Of a stretch of 64,000 bases of DNA, positions 1-11,418 are shown in pieces; the first letter of the stretch is position 1; every line of letters starts with the position of its first letter. The stretch is from the NCBI RefSeq assembly GCF_036588685.1, contig NC_086376.1:71403630-71467629 (forward strand), given 5' to 3'. The position numbers and the translations under genes were made by a program. Under the pieces are notes generated by a model that ran no database searches, was not told where the DNA came from, and saw nothing but the letters and a program-made list of their open reading frames with translations. This DNA comes from Mytilus trossulus. Taxonomy: Eukaryota.

Positions 1-3000
1 CATGGTAAGGATCCTGTCCTAGTATAACTACTTTTACCTAAATCATGTAGAAAAAGTACAAAATTATCAAACTACAGAAAACCTTAAAAATATCTTGATG
101 TATCTATATTTCATATCTATCATAATACATGTATGTACTATCTTCCACAACATGGTAATTCTTTAAATAAAACAAAACAGAAAATTTTAAGATAAACATC
201 TTCCTTTACACACATATTTCATAGATCTGGAACAAGCTTATAATTATTTAAAGTTAATCATTTGTTTTATTCATTCTGCTGATTTTTTCAACTGCAAAAT
301 TACTGACTTGTAAGGTAGCAATACACAGTTAGTTAAGTTAGTGTAATAAAATTCATGTTTAAATTAAACTGGTGTAACAAAACCTTTAAACAGACTATTT
401 AAGAAGGGATATAGTTACGATACTGTTGTCAGGTCATTAAAGATCGCATATTTTGGCTTCAATATTGATTCTTTGCATCGGAATTAAACAAATTTATTCT
501 AAAACCAGTTGTTGGCATGGCACAGGTTATGTTCTTCTCATATATTTTATGATGGCATAATACTAAACCCCTAATGGGAGGAATTGTGCTTGAATATTCA
601 TATAATGAAAAAATAATCTTTCAATTACTTTAATTGAGGGTTGGAGCAGGTATGTCAGTGACTGCTAGTAGTCCTTTGTTAATTTATGTATTATTGTCAT
701 TCTGTTTATTTTCTTTTGTTACATCTTCGGACATTCGACTCTGACTTTTTTAAAACTGAGTTTACTGTGCGTATTGTTGTGGGTTTTTTTTTTTTCTACA
801 TTGGCTAGAGGTATAGGGGAGGGTTGAGATCTAAAAAAACATGTTTAACCTGTTGCATTTTTGCGCCTGTCCCAAGGCAGGAGCCTCTGGCTTTTGTTAA
901 GTCTTGTATTATTTTTAATTTTAGTTTCTTGTGTATAATTCAGAGTTTAGTATGATGTCCATAATCACTAAACTAGTTTACATATTTAAGGGGCCAGTTG
1001 AAGGACTCCTCCAGGTGCGGTAGTTTCTGGCTGCATTGAAGACCTGTTGATGGTCAGGTTGTTGTCTCTTTGACACATGCCCCATTTACATTTTCAATTT
1101 TATTACACGTCATTCACTGACACACCATTAGGACAGTTTAAGAAAAAAAATACACAAACAAATAAAGAATTTTAAAATCACTACAAATGCAGTGAATGAA
1201 AAGTGTGGTTTTATTTCTCAATCCAACCACCCTAAATAAGGCAAAAAGTTTTTGTTGGTGGAAAGTTTAATAATAACTATTTCTGAAATTTCTTCAGCAT
1301 GAATAGTTATATTTAAAGCTGATAATAATTTCTTTTTCAATCACTGTTCATAGGAAATATTGGTTACATATAAAATGTACTATGCAAGTTATGTAAGTGG
1401 AGATAACTCCATTATCTGCAGTGAATTTCTCTGTAACTTTCTAGTCCATTTTTGCCATGATAATATGAGAAGGACCATTCATCCATGTGTACCAAACATA
1501 GTTAAATTAACAATTAAAATAGTTTCAAGGCATCATCCAACATGTGTTAAAGTAAATACTTTTTTTTGTATTGCAGGATAGTTTTTTGGACTGATACGTA
1601 ATAAGTCACAGAATTCAACAATAGAATCTATACTTACTAACTTACATCATTGACTTTACAATACCTTGTCCAGCTAAAGACCTGGTCAGCAGGAGGATAT
1701 ATCGTTTCTTTTTTTCTTTCTGATTCCATAAACTTTGACAACTGAAAATATGCAATAAATAAAATCTATACTCTTAAGCAGGATAAATGTATTAGAAAAA
1801 GAATAGAGGTACTTTGTAAGTATAAGACTGCTGTTGATGTTACTCAGGATTTTTTCCTATCTAGTCATGTTAAAAAAATATTGCTAGTACATTTTTGCTA
1901 TAAAGATTTGAATAAATGTATATCTGACACTAGAAGCAGAATGGTCACAGGTTTATTTGGACCTTTATTTTCAAAACATGGTAAGGAAAATGCACTATAG
2001 CTTCAAAGATCAATTTGTCAGAGTTTTACATACATGCAGGTTCTTACAGAAGTATGTAAATGAAAAGGTACCAATCAGTGGTATGAATGGATCCAACAAC
2101 CACTTTGTATCATCTTCAATTTGGAGAGAAATAATGAGCTCGAACAGTCCTCTGTGGGCTTTGATTTAATACTACTATGTTATAAACTAGAGGCTCTAAA
2201 GAGCCTGTGTCGCTCACCTTGGCCTATGTGCATATTAAACAAAGGACACAAATGGATTCATGACAAAATTGTATTTTGGTGATGGTGATGTGTTTGAAGT
2301 TCTTACTTTACTGAACGATTTTGCTTCTTACAATTATATCTATCATGAACTTTGCCCATTAGTAACAGAGAACTATATTTGGTAAACATTGACATAAATT
2401 TACCAAATTAATGAAAATTGTTAAAAATTGACTATAAAGGGCAATAACTCCTTAAGGGGTCAATTGACCATTTAGGTCATGTTGACTTATTTGTAGATCT
2501 TACTTTGCTGAACATTATTGCTGATTACAGTTTATCGCTATCTATAATAGTATTCAAGATAACCAAAAACGGCAAAATTTCTTTAAAAATTACCAATTGG
2601 AGGGCAGCAACCCAACAACCAGTTGTCCAATTCATCTGAAAAATTCAGGGCATATAGATATTGACTTGATTAACAATTTAACTTCTTGTCAGATTTGCTC
2701 TAGATGCTTTGGTTTCATAGTTATAAGCAAAAAACTGCATTTTACCCCTATGTTCTATTTTTAGCCGTGGCGGCCATCTTGGTTGAATGGCCAGGTCATC
2801 GGACACATTTTTCAAACTAGATACCCCAAAGATGATTGTGGCCAAGTAGTTTCAGTGGAGATTTTGTAAAAGATTACTTAGATTTATCAAAAATGGTTAA
2901 AGATTGACTATAAAGGGCAATAACTCCTAAAGGGGTCAACTGACCATTTTGGTCATGTTGACTTATTTGTAGATCTTACTTTGCTGAACATTATTGCTGT

Positions 3001-6000
3001 TTACAATGTATCTCTATCTATAATAATATTCAAGATAATAACCAAAAACAGCAAAATTTCCTCAAAATTACCAATTCAGGGGCAGCAACCCAACAACCGA
3101 TTGACAGATTCATCTGAAAATTTCAGGGCAGATAGTTCTTGACCTGATAAACATTTTTATCTCATGTCAGATTTCCTCAAAATGCTTTGGTTTTTGAGTT
3201 ATAAGCCAAAAACTGCATTTTACCCCTATGTTCTATTTTTAGCGGTGGCGGCCATCTTGGTTGGTTGACCAGGTCACGCCACACATTTTTTAAACTAGAT
3301 ACCCCAAAGATGATTGTGGCCAAGTTTGGATTAATTTGGCCAAGTAGTTTCAGAGGAGAAGATTTTTGTAAAATATTACTTTAATTTACGAAAAATGGTT
3401 AAAAATTGACTATAAAGGGCAATAACTCCTAAACGGGTCAACTGACCATTTTGGTCATGTTGACTTATTTGTAGATCTTACTTTGCTGAACATTATTGCT
3501 GTTTACAGTTTATCTCTATCTATAATAATATTCAAGATAATAACCAAAAACAGCAAAATTTCCTCAAAATTACCAATTCAGGGGCAGCAACCCAACAACC
3601 GATTGACCGATTCATCTGAAAATTTTAGGGAAGATAGTTCTTGACCTGATAAACATTTTTATCCCATGTCAGTTGCCTCAAAATGCTTTGGTTTTTGAGT
3701 TATAAGCCAAAAACTGCATTTTACCCCTATGTTCTATTTTTAGCCGTGGCGGCCATCTTGGTTGGTTGACCGGGTCACGCCACACATTTTTTAAACTTCG
3801 GGCCAGGTGAGCTAATAAAATTAGGAATGGAAATTAGGGAATCTGTCAAAGAAACCAACAATCTGACAAAAGAGCAGAAAACAATCGAAAAGCCACCAAT
3901 GGGTCTTCAACACAGTAAGAAAATCCTGCACTTAAACAAACTTTGGTTTTCCCGTTTGAATGGTTTACACTAGTAATTTTGGGGCCCTTTATAGCTTGTT
4001 GTTCGGTGTGAGCCAAGGCTCCGTGTTGAAGGCCATACTTTAACCTATAATGGTTTACTTTTTAAATTGTTTCTGATATTGGGATGGAGAGTTCTGTTAT
4101 TGGGATGGAGAGTTGTCTCATTGGCACTCACACCACATCTTCCTATATCTATTTACCTCAACAAAGTATGGTTTAGTAAATTCTTCCTGAAGAGCTTTAT
4201 ACCAGGAATCACCAACGTTAGCCAGTAATCCATTGGTCTGTTTTTCTCTCAATTTTGCTAGAGCAGCAGCTTTATTCCCGTTCACTCGATCTTTCTGTTC
4301 TGGGGATAAACATTCAGTTCTTGGCATATCTCCACCAGGAGAGGATGGAAGGACCTTTTCTGGACTTGTATCATCTTTCTTCAAAGGTGAGGCTGGTTCT
4401 TTTTTTGCATAATCTGTTTTTGGTGAAGGAGGAATATTTTCACTGTCTATTTTTGCTTTCTTCGGAGGTTTCTGTATTACAAAAAAATGCAGTATTACAA
4501 TGTAGGTTAAAAATTAATACAAAGTATCTTGATAATGGACAGAAAGCTGTATTGGTAAAATAATCTGTAGCCTATTGTACCATGGATTTTACTAAAGATG
4601 TACAATGTATTTAAGTCACTCTACCCAAATACATGACTTTTTTTGTTTTTATATCTACTACACACATTAAAGTAGTCATGTTGAAAAAATAAGGATCTTA
4701 AAGGGGGACTCCAGGGACTCCTCATTTATGACCATGGCAAAGTTGATGCAATATCTTTAAACATTAAATAAAATGCATCATTGAACTTACCACATTTCAA
4801 AATGATGAATCCAGACAGATTTTCAGGGGTTCATCGATCTGGACTAATATGACTTGTCTTAGTGTGAACCCTGATTTCGGTTTTCTAATTATTTTTTTTA
4901 AGTGACAAATGATTAAATTTGCCATTTGACAGTGAGCATGACATGGGTCCTTGGCTGTGAGAAGACAAAATAACTTAGGGTTGACAAACAATGTATTTGG
5001 AAGGTCTGCCATTATTTTTTCTAACAACAGAAATAGGTGTGTTTAGCACTATTCCTTAGAAAATATCTATTACATCATAACAAAGTTAAAAGGTATAGAC
5101 TACAGCAGAATCAAAATTTAAAGCAAGTTCGTCGTATGACATTTCTCAAAAAATTATTAGTGAAATTAGTATGTAATGTTATAATCAAGTATATAGGTAA
5201 AACACCTTGTTGTTATTTAAAAATCTGTCCCGCTTGACCCGAGAATCTCTCCTGCTTAAACTTCTGATGTCATACAACAATCACTTTTCCACTGAGACGT
5301 TAGTCCAAATAAAATTGACGTCTTGCCGGATGTCATACATGTTATTATTTGGACTACTGTGGCATCAGATATATATTTTCTAATATGACATCAGATTTTT
5401 ATGGAAACTTTTATGTGGACTATTGTGGTGTCAGATATTTTCTATTATGACATCAAATTTTAATGGGAACTTTTGTGATGTCCAGTAATTTGACCACAGG
5501 GGCTTGTAACAATTGCAGGGTTTACTATCCATACAAACCCCTAAAACACTTTTTACAATTGCCGGGTTTACTATGCCGGGTTTACACCCGGCAATTGTAA
5601 CAAGCCCCTGTGATTTGACGACAAATAGTGATAAGGTGTAATGTTTTTAAAGACAATTAAGCTGTTAGTTTAAACATATTTATTAATCTTAATTAAGCTG
5701 TTAAAAGTGCATGCAACTATCTCTAGGTCTCAGATCTAATATTACCCATATTAGTGTGTCAAATAATAAATTTACATGTATGACACTATAAAACTGGCTT
5801 CTCTAAATTATGAATTAATCATCAATCGTAATTTATAATCATATATAATTTTGCCCTGGATGTTAAGCTTAGATAAGATCAGATCTAATAATTTAATGGG
5901 TACTAAAATTATAATACCTAAATAGGTTAAATCATGGTTATAGGCAATAAACCTGTTGCTTTTACCTCTAAAGCTCCAGTATTTTGACGTTTTCCAGGTG

Positions 6001-6043
6001 AAACTTTTGTGAAAAATGTTGAAATCTTTGCTTGATTATTCAT
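1..6043 (-). CDS. UNG: Uracil-DNA glycosylase (family 1, nuclear UNG2-like), 5' part; gene continues beyond the left edge
   Basis: Exons 6043-5966 (MNNQAKISTFFTKVSPGKRQNTGALE, with PIP box QxxIxxFF), 4471-4157 (includes LSPEQKDRVNGNKAAALAKL RPA-binding-like helix and SWYKALQEEFTKPYFVE), 1741-1646 (LSKFMESERKKETIYPPADQVFSWTRYCKVND) and 37-1 (VKVVILGQDPYH, the catalytic water-activating loop). All introns are GT-AG and phase 0. Confidence 0.96.
490..1103. repeat. Abundant dispersed repeat (GAGAATGGAAATGGGGAATGTGTCAAAGAGACAACAACC... family) in UNG intron 3
   Basis: Related full or partial copies at about 3817-3932, 7545-7770, 21180-21485, 37365-37515, 49855-50190 and 53348-53415, in both orientations. 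Confidence 0.8.
2184..3815 (-). mobile_element. Non-autonomous Helentron/HINE (DINE-1-like) element with about 3 internal ~490-bp tandem units
   Basis: Subterminal inverted repeats GCTCACCT (about 2212) and AGGTGAGC (about 3805). Terminal hairpin AGGCTC-TAAA-GAGCCT at about 2191-2206. A/T-rich flanks. Internal units begin TTGACTATAAAGGGCAATAACTCC. A related fragment lies at 61750-62105. Confidence 0.8.
3940..4152. repeat. Dispersed repeat ending GGAGAGTTGTCTCATTGGCACTCATACCACATCT, abutting the UNG exon-2 splice donor
   Basis: Homologous copy at about 30170-30365. End fragments at about 23260-23300, 24965-25010 and 43775-43930. Confidence 0.7.
5495..5612. mobile_element. 118-bp MITE with CA...TG termini, 22-bp TIRs and 7-bp TSD (P-element-like signature)
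   Basis: CACAGGGGCTTGTAACAATTGC ... GCAATTGTAACAAGCCCCTGTG (1 mismatch). ATTTGAC is duplicated at 5488-5494 and 5613-5619. Confidence 0.8.
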
Positions 6044-6089
6044 TATTATTCTAAGGCGTTGGATGTTGTTATTGTTAACCATGTGGAAA

Positions 6090-6166
6090 TTTCCCGCGAA
6101 ATACATTGACCTTCGGGTTCACCTAATCAAAATTGGGCTTCTTTGAATTAAGGGAAATTATCCAAT
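6090..6166. promoter_or_regulatory. Cell-cycle-type promoter of UNG: overlapping E2F sites, two CCAAT boxes, CHR-like element
   Basis: TTTCCCGCGAAA at 6090-6101 reads as an E2F-like site on both strands. ATTGG at 6132-6136, TTTGAA at 6142-6147 and CCAAT at 6162-6166. All lie 47-123 nt upstream of the UNG ATG in a locally CpG-retaining patch. Confidence 0.65.
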
Positions 6167-8305
6167 CATAGAGTGTGTAACTTCAACCACTTGGATTATT
6201 TTTGTTTACATCCGCTTCTGAATTATTTCACATGCACGATTCAGGAAACAACAAGTTTGAATCATTAAAACAGTAAAAAGATTGAACAGAAGTAAGATAC
6301 TTCAAGAACAAATAAGTACATATATAACACAATCACATGTATATTTATGTTTGCCAATCTAGAAAGAGCAGAATAATTACAATCATATCAATTTATCATA
6401 CCCAATAATTTTGCTTTACGTCCAGTGGCAAATATTTCATGCGTTTTCAGAACTATTGACATTATATTGAATGGACTTTAAACATCATCTATTCTCTGCT
6501 ATCAGTTATAGTGCCTTCAATCAGAGATCAGTAATTCTCGTATCACATACAGCTTTGAGAAGAGACCATGCAGACATTACCAGCGAAGTCACAATGTCTG
6601 AGGAGAAGTTTTCAGCAATGTTTCAATGTGAGAGGATGCGTTATCAAATTTTTTCTGTCACTCGTAATATTTTCTTTTAAAAAGACGGTAATTAGCGATA
6701 TATATGGGCGAATCCAGGATTGTGGAAAGGGGGGGCGAAGATTTTAAACTTTAAATTTTTTGGGGACCTTTTTGGGGCTAAAAAACATAAAAAACGTTTA
6801 TAATATGCACTATTTAAACGGTTCCTGGATTGGAGCATGTACATTTTATAGTTGCTGTAAAGTGTACGGGTTGGACATTTTTATGCTGTATTCTCCGTAT
6901 TAATTGTCTATCATAAAATGATAGTATTGATCCAAAGCTATGTACTGATATATTTGATGTAGAACTTATCAGTAAAAAATAGACATGGAAATTCCATGAA
7001 ATTTACAATACGACCGACACGAGTTAAAAAAGACAAACAAGCAGTTTTTATCAAAATGTTTGATTGATATGTTTCACCCAACATAACTAACTAAGGGAAC
7101 CGAAGTGAGGGGTTCCAAATCCATCAAAGACTAGGAAAGTGTCTGAAATGACAACGAATTTATGAATGACAGTCGACAAATGGAGACATAAAGGTCACAC
7201 CCAGCAGGCAGATTACAGTCTGGTTTTGAAAAAAAGTATTCAATATATATAAGTCCGGCGAAACAGATATTCAAGTCAGACATGCAAACCCCTTCCACAA
7301 ATAAATACGCCTGATTTTATTCATCATGTTCATTTCATGATAATGCTAAATAATTTTGTTGGAAATTTTCGTTTTTATTAACAAAAAAGTGGACAAGACT
7401 ATTGTTTTCAATCCACTTACGGCCAGAATTTTTGTTTGAGGCAAGAATCAGAGTCAATTTTGTTCTCTAAAATATCTCAAACTGCCTCCTAAAATCAAAT
7501 GGTTCGTACATGAGACTTGAAATATTTTTAGAACGTTTACTAAATATGAGAATGGAAATGGAGAATGTGTCAAAGAGACAACAACCCGAAATTCCCCCAC
7601 CTGGAGGCGTCCTTCAGCTGGCCCCTAAACAAATATATACTAGTTCAGTGATAATGAACGCCATACTAATTTCCAAATTGTACACAAGAAACTAAAATAT
7701 TAATTAAGTTATACAAGACTAACAAAGGCAAGAGGCTCCTGCCTTGGAACAGGCGCTAAAATGCGGCGGGGTGACTGGGCCCCAAATCAAGTTTATAAAT
7801 ATATTTATTATAAATTTGATCTTTTGGACTAAATCAATTAGATACAAACCGCTGAAATGTACGAAAGTAATTGTGAATGGAACGATTAAATTTATACGAT
7901 GTCCGGTACTGAAATTAGTTTACCTGTCACCTGAACAGGTATAGTTTTCAGCTGTCCAACAACTAATTAGCCTTGATTAAAATTAGAAAGTATTGAAGTA
8001 AGGGTTGTTTTGATAGTAATTAATCAACATGTCACTTTTATGACCGGAAATGTATGGCTGTTAAAGGCAAAATGTTGGGTCAAAAAGATCGTGAATTATA
8101 TTAGAATGACCGAAAAAGCCTTGAAAACTAAAAAAAATATGACCGTTTCATGCTTTTCCCAGCCGGTCTTTTACCGGACATTATACAAATGACCGGAATA
8201 TATGACCGTTTTGGAAGCCCTGGACTGGGGATCATTATTCAACTTTGTTATTTATAAAATAAGCTGGGGCATTTGGAGTTAAACATGTTTTGTAGGTAAA
8301 TAATA

Positions 8306-8376
8306 TTGTGGAACTTTCTTTTTCATGAGAGTGTAATAGTCACTTTTACACTCTCATGAAAAAGAAAGTTCCACAA
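8306..8376. repeat. Perfect 31-bp inverted repeat with 9-nt spacer
   Basis: TTGTGGAACTTTCTTTTTCATGAGAGTGTAA (8306-8336) is the exact reverse complement of 8346-8376. Confidence 0.95.
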
Positions 8377-11055
8377 ATTAGTCTATATAGTATTTACTAT
8401 TACTTTCTGTTTGGTGGAATAGTGAAATAGAAGTCAATACGTTCTTGCTCAATCCTGTGTGGGTTTGAAGGTTTCCTGATTGTCAAGACATCCTCAGCCT
8501 ACCCAATGTGTATTACTGTAATTTGAATTTCAAATTGACCGAGTGCCGTTTTTTCAACGCACTGGTCAACTCCACCATAGCAAATCACATGACTTTGACA
8601 ATCAGTAAATACCAGCGAAAAATAGCTTTATAAGTAAAGAATTGTCGTATAAAAATTAAATACTCTAGTCTGATTAATCATTTTACTAAAAAAAAAAAAA
8701 TCCGAGCAAAGGGGGGCGTACGCCCTCTACGCCCCCCTCTGAATCCGCCACTGGTAATAGTACGATAAACAGATAATTTTTTTTTTTTTATATTCTCCAC
8801 AACATGAAGCTTTTTTTAAAACTCTTTTGCTTTGCTTACTCGCCCCAAAAGTTCATATTGTGACTCACAGCTGATATTTAATGATAACAATGTGAAGTAA
8901 ACCCAATAATCTACATTAATGGTGTTTATTAGATTCATTGTGACATCACAAATTCCATTTAAAAAGCATAAACAGTATACAAATTACATTTGACATACGA
9001 TAAACATATGATCTGGCGATCAACCAGATCAAGAGAATCATTCAAATTTTAGTTTTATCAATATCACAGATACTTTAAACACAAATTAACCCATATCATG
9101 CATGGGCCATAATATTATGGCCATACCAAACCACTGTTTTTTGGCACAAATGGCACTCCATACATTTTGAGGTCAACGTAATGCCATTAAATAGGAAGTA
9201 TCCATGTTACCAAAATTTTTTTATTAATTAATTGTCATCTTTCTTACTTTTAAAGTTTTGAGCTAAAATACGAACTTGGAAAATTGAGTTAGGATCAGGA
9301 CAAAAGTGGTTTTTTTGGTGGGTTGGCCTACCTTCGAAGTCTAAAAAAGAAAGTTATGAGGCCTTAAACTTGGACAAATAGTGTAAACCCAAAAGCATAT
9401 AACTACTGATTGTGTTTATTATCAAAATATGCCAGCCAACGACTTCTTCCAGTTGCAGGTCCAGTTAAAGTACAAAATTGTGACAAAAATTTGGAATTTT
9501 TTTAAATTTTGGTGCAAATGACCTTCTTTTGACTGATTCACTTGGGTCAACTCTACATCTAAACAATAGTTGGATGTATCTATTAGTTTATCTCTGACTT
9601 TCAGGTAGAGAAAAATAATGTAAAATGTGACGCTTTTTGCACATGAGGATCAAATTAGAGCCAAATAAAATAGAATGTGTGGTTTCAGTAACTTTTAAAA
9701 TAGTTAGGGTACTCTTTTTTTTCTGTAACATTGAATCGATGGGAGCGACACTGTGACTTAAGCAGTGCTAAATGAAAAATGACAAGTTATTGGTAACACA
9801 TTTGTACAAATTCTACTTTAAAATGTATACAAATTTAAAATAATTTTTAAATGTAAAGACTAATCTTACTTCCATAGTTAGTCACAGAGGAACCAGAATA
9901 TATGTTTAAAGCCTAGTGTTTTTCATCCTACATCCTACCGAGGACTCATTAATATTTCTGTGCATACATTTAAACCTGTTTTCACTAAAGGCACAATAAT
10001 AACTTATCATCCAAGATAACATACAAAGTTAACAGGAGACCAATGTGTCAAAAAATATGTTATCTTTATTATACCTATAAAACTACTATAAAATATGTGT
10101 AGTAAAGTCCAAAACACTTTTTAATTTAAAAAAAAGTATCAAAAAGTATTTGACACAATCCTTTTTTTACAATGTATTATTTTAATTTGTTATGATATTT
10201 TTTTTTTAATTTTTACTACATGTACCTTTTTAACTGATTTATCTGGTTTGATCATTATACTAAATGACACATTGTAAAATAAATTATGTGTAAATATCTG
10301 TTTTATATTCCCCTTTACAGGACACATTATGGTGTACAACTGTTCGTCATTATGTCTGTCTGCCTGTTAGTTGTCGAGTTTACATGTTGGAAAAAAACTC
10401 AAAGAGGCTTTAACCAATTTATTATGAACTTTTGTGAATTGATTAAATATCTAAGGATGCAGATTCACTTTCACTTTTTGTAAATTTTAAATTTTAAGTT
10501 TCTGAAGTACATTGTGTATGGGATTTTATTCATAAAAAAGGGGGTCCAGTTTTCGAAACCATTACTCTAAAGTGCTTTGAGCAGTTTTCATGAAATATTG
10601 ATGACTGGTTTCTATCTATTAAAGTAACCTCCCTCTAAATAACTTCATTCTTTGGAAAAGTTATCTTCCCTGAAAATGCATAGAATGACTGTACCTTCAT
10701 TTGTATTTCATAGAAGAGCTGTTACTCGTGGCAATCTTCATTACTTTTATTTATGATGTGTGTTACAAATACATTTATATACATCAATATACCATCAATA
10801 TACCAATCTAGAATTTGAAATTACCACCTAACATGCCCTGAGTGCTATTTTATCAATCCTTAGCCAGCTTTTAAATTTGCTGACTGTTATTCTCAATTTT
10901 GGATGGTTATATATACTTTCTTTCACATTTCTGGTTTTGAGTGTTCCTGGTGAAGGTTTATCCAAACAAAAGCCTTTGAACACACCAAATTTATTTTAGT
11001 GTAAGTTATTTCAATTTGCTAGGACTGAGATGATACCACTGTTGATGGACTGTTG

Positions 11056-11185
11056 ACTGTGGATTCATTAATATTCGTTGGATACCAATTTTCGTGGGTT
11101 TCGTGGGAAAAGGTGAACCACGAATATGCAAGTTTTCATTATTCCACGAAAATTGATACCCATGAAAATAAATGAATCCACAGTA
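11056..11185. mobile_element. MITE family with ACTGTGGATTCATT...AATGAATCCACAGT termini
   Basis: TIRs visible. Related copies at about 23730-23940 and 47342-47464. Confidence 0.7.
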
Positions 11186-11418
11186 TCCCCAAGGTTCATG
11201 TATAATTAGCCCAGGTTAGTCAGGGCTTTGTAACTACATGGTTTTTAGCATACATTTCTTGATATTTCTGTTTGTAAATTTTAAAAGTAAAATTCAATAG
11301 ATGGACACATTGAAAAAAAAATATGTTCAAATGAAGAAACTCAGTTTCAACTTATATTGTATTTAATTATAAATTGGGTATGTAAAAGGTCTCAAAAATA
11401 ATGTGCAGGCAAGTTTTT

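Noticed and set aside
4791-5027. ORF 4797-5027 as an alternative (mitochondrial UNG1-like) first exon
   Set aside because: A GTAAGT donor exists at 4790, but the frame that would join exon 2 has TGA just before it. At most a non-coding or poison exon; unsupported.
6703-8753. Possible 2-kb DNA transposon bounded by GGGCGAATCCAG ... CTGAATCCGCCACTG
   Set aside because: The left end is degenerate and no clean TSD could be read, so the boundaries are not supportable.
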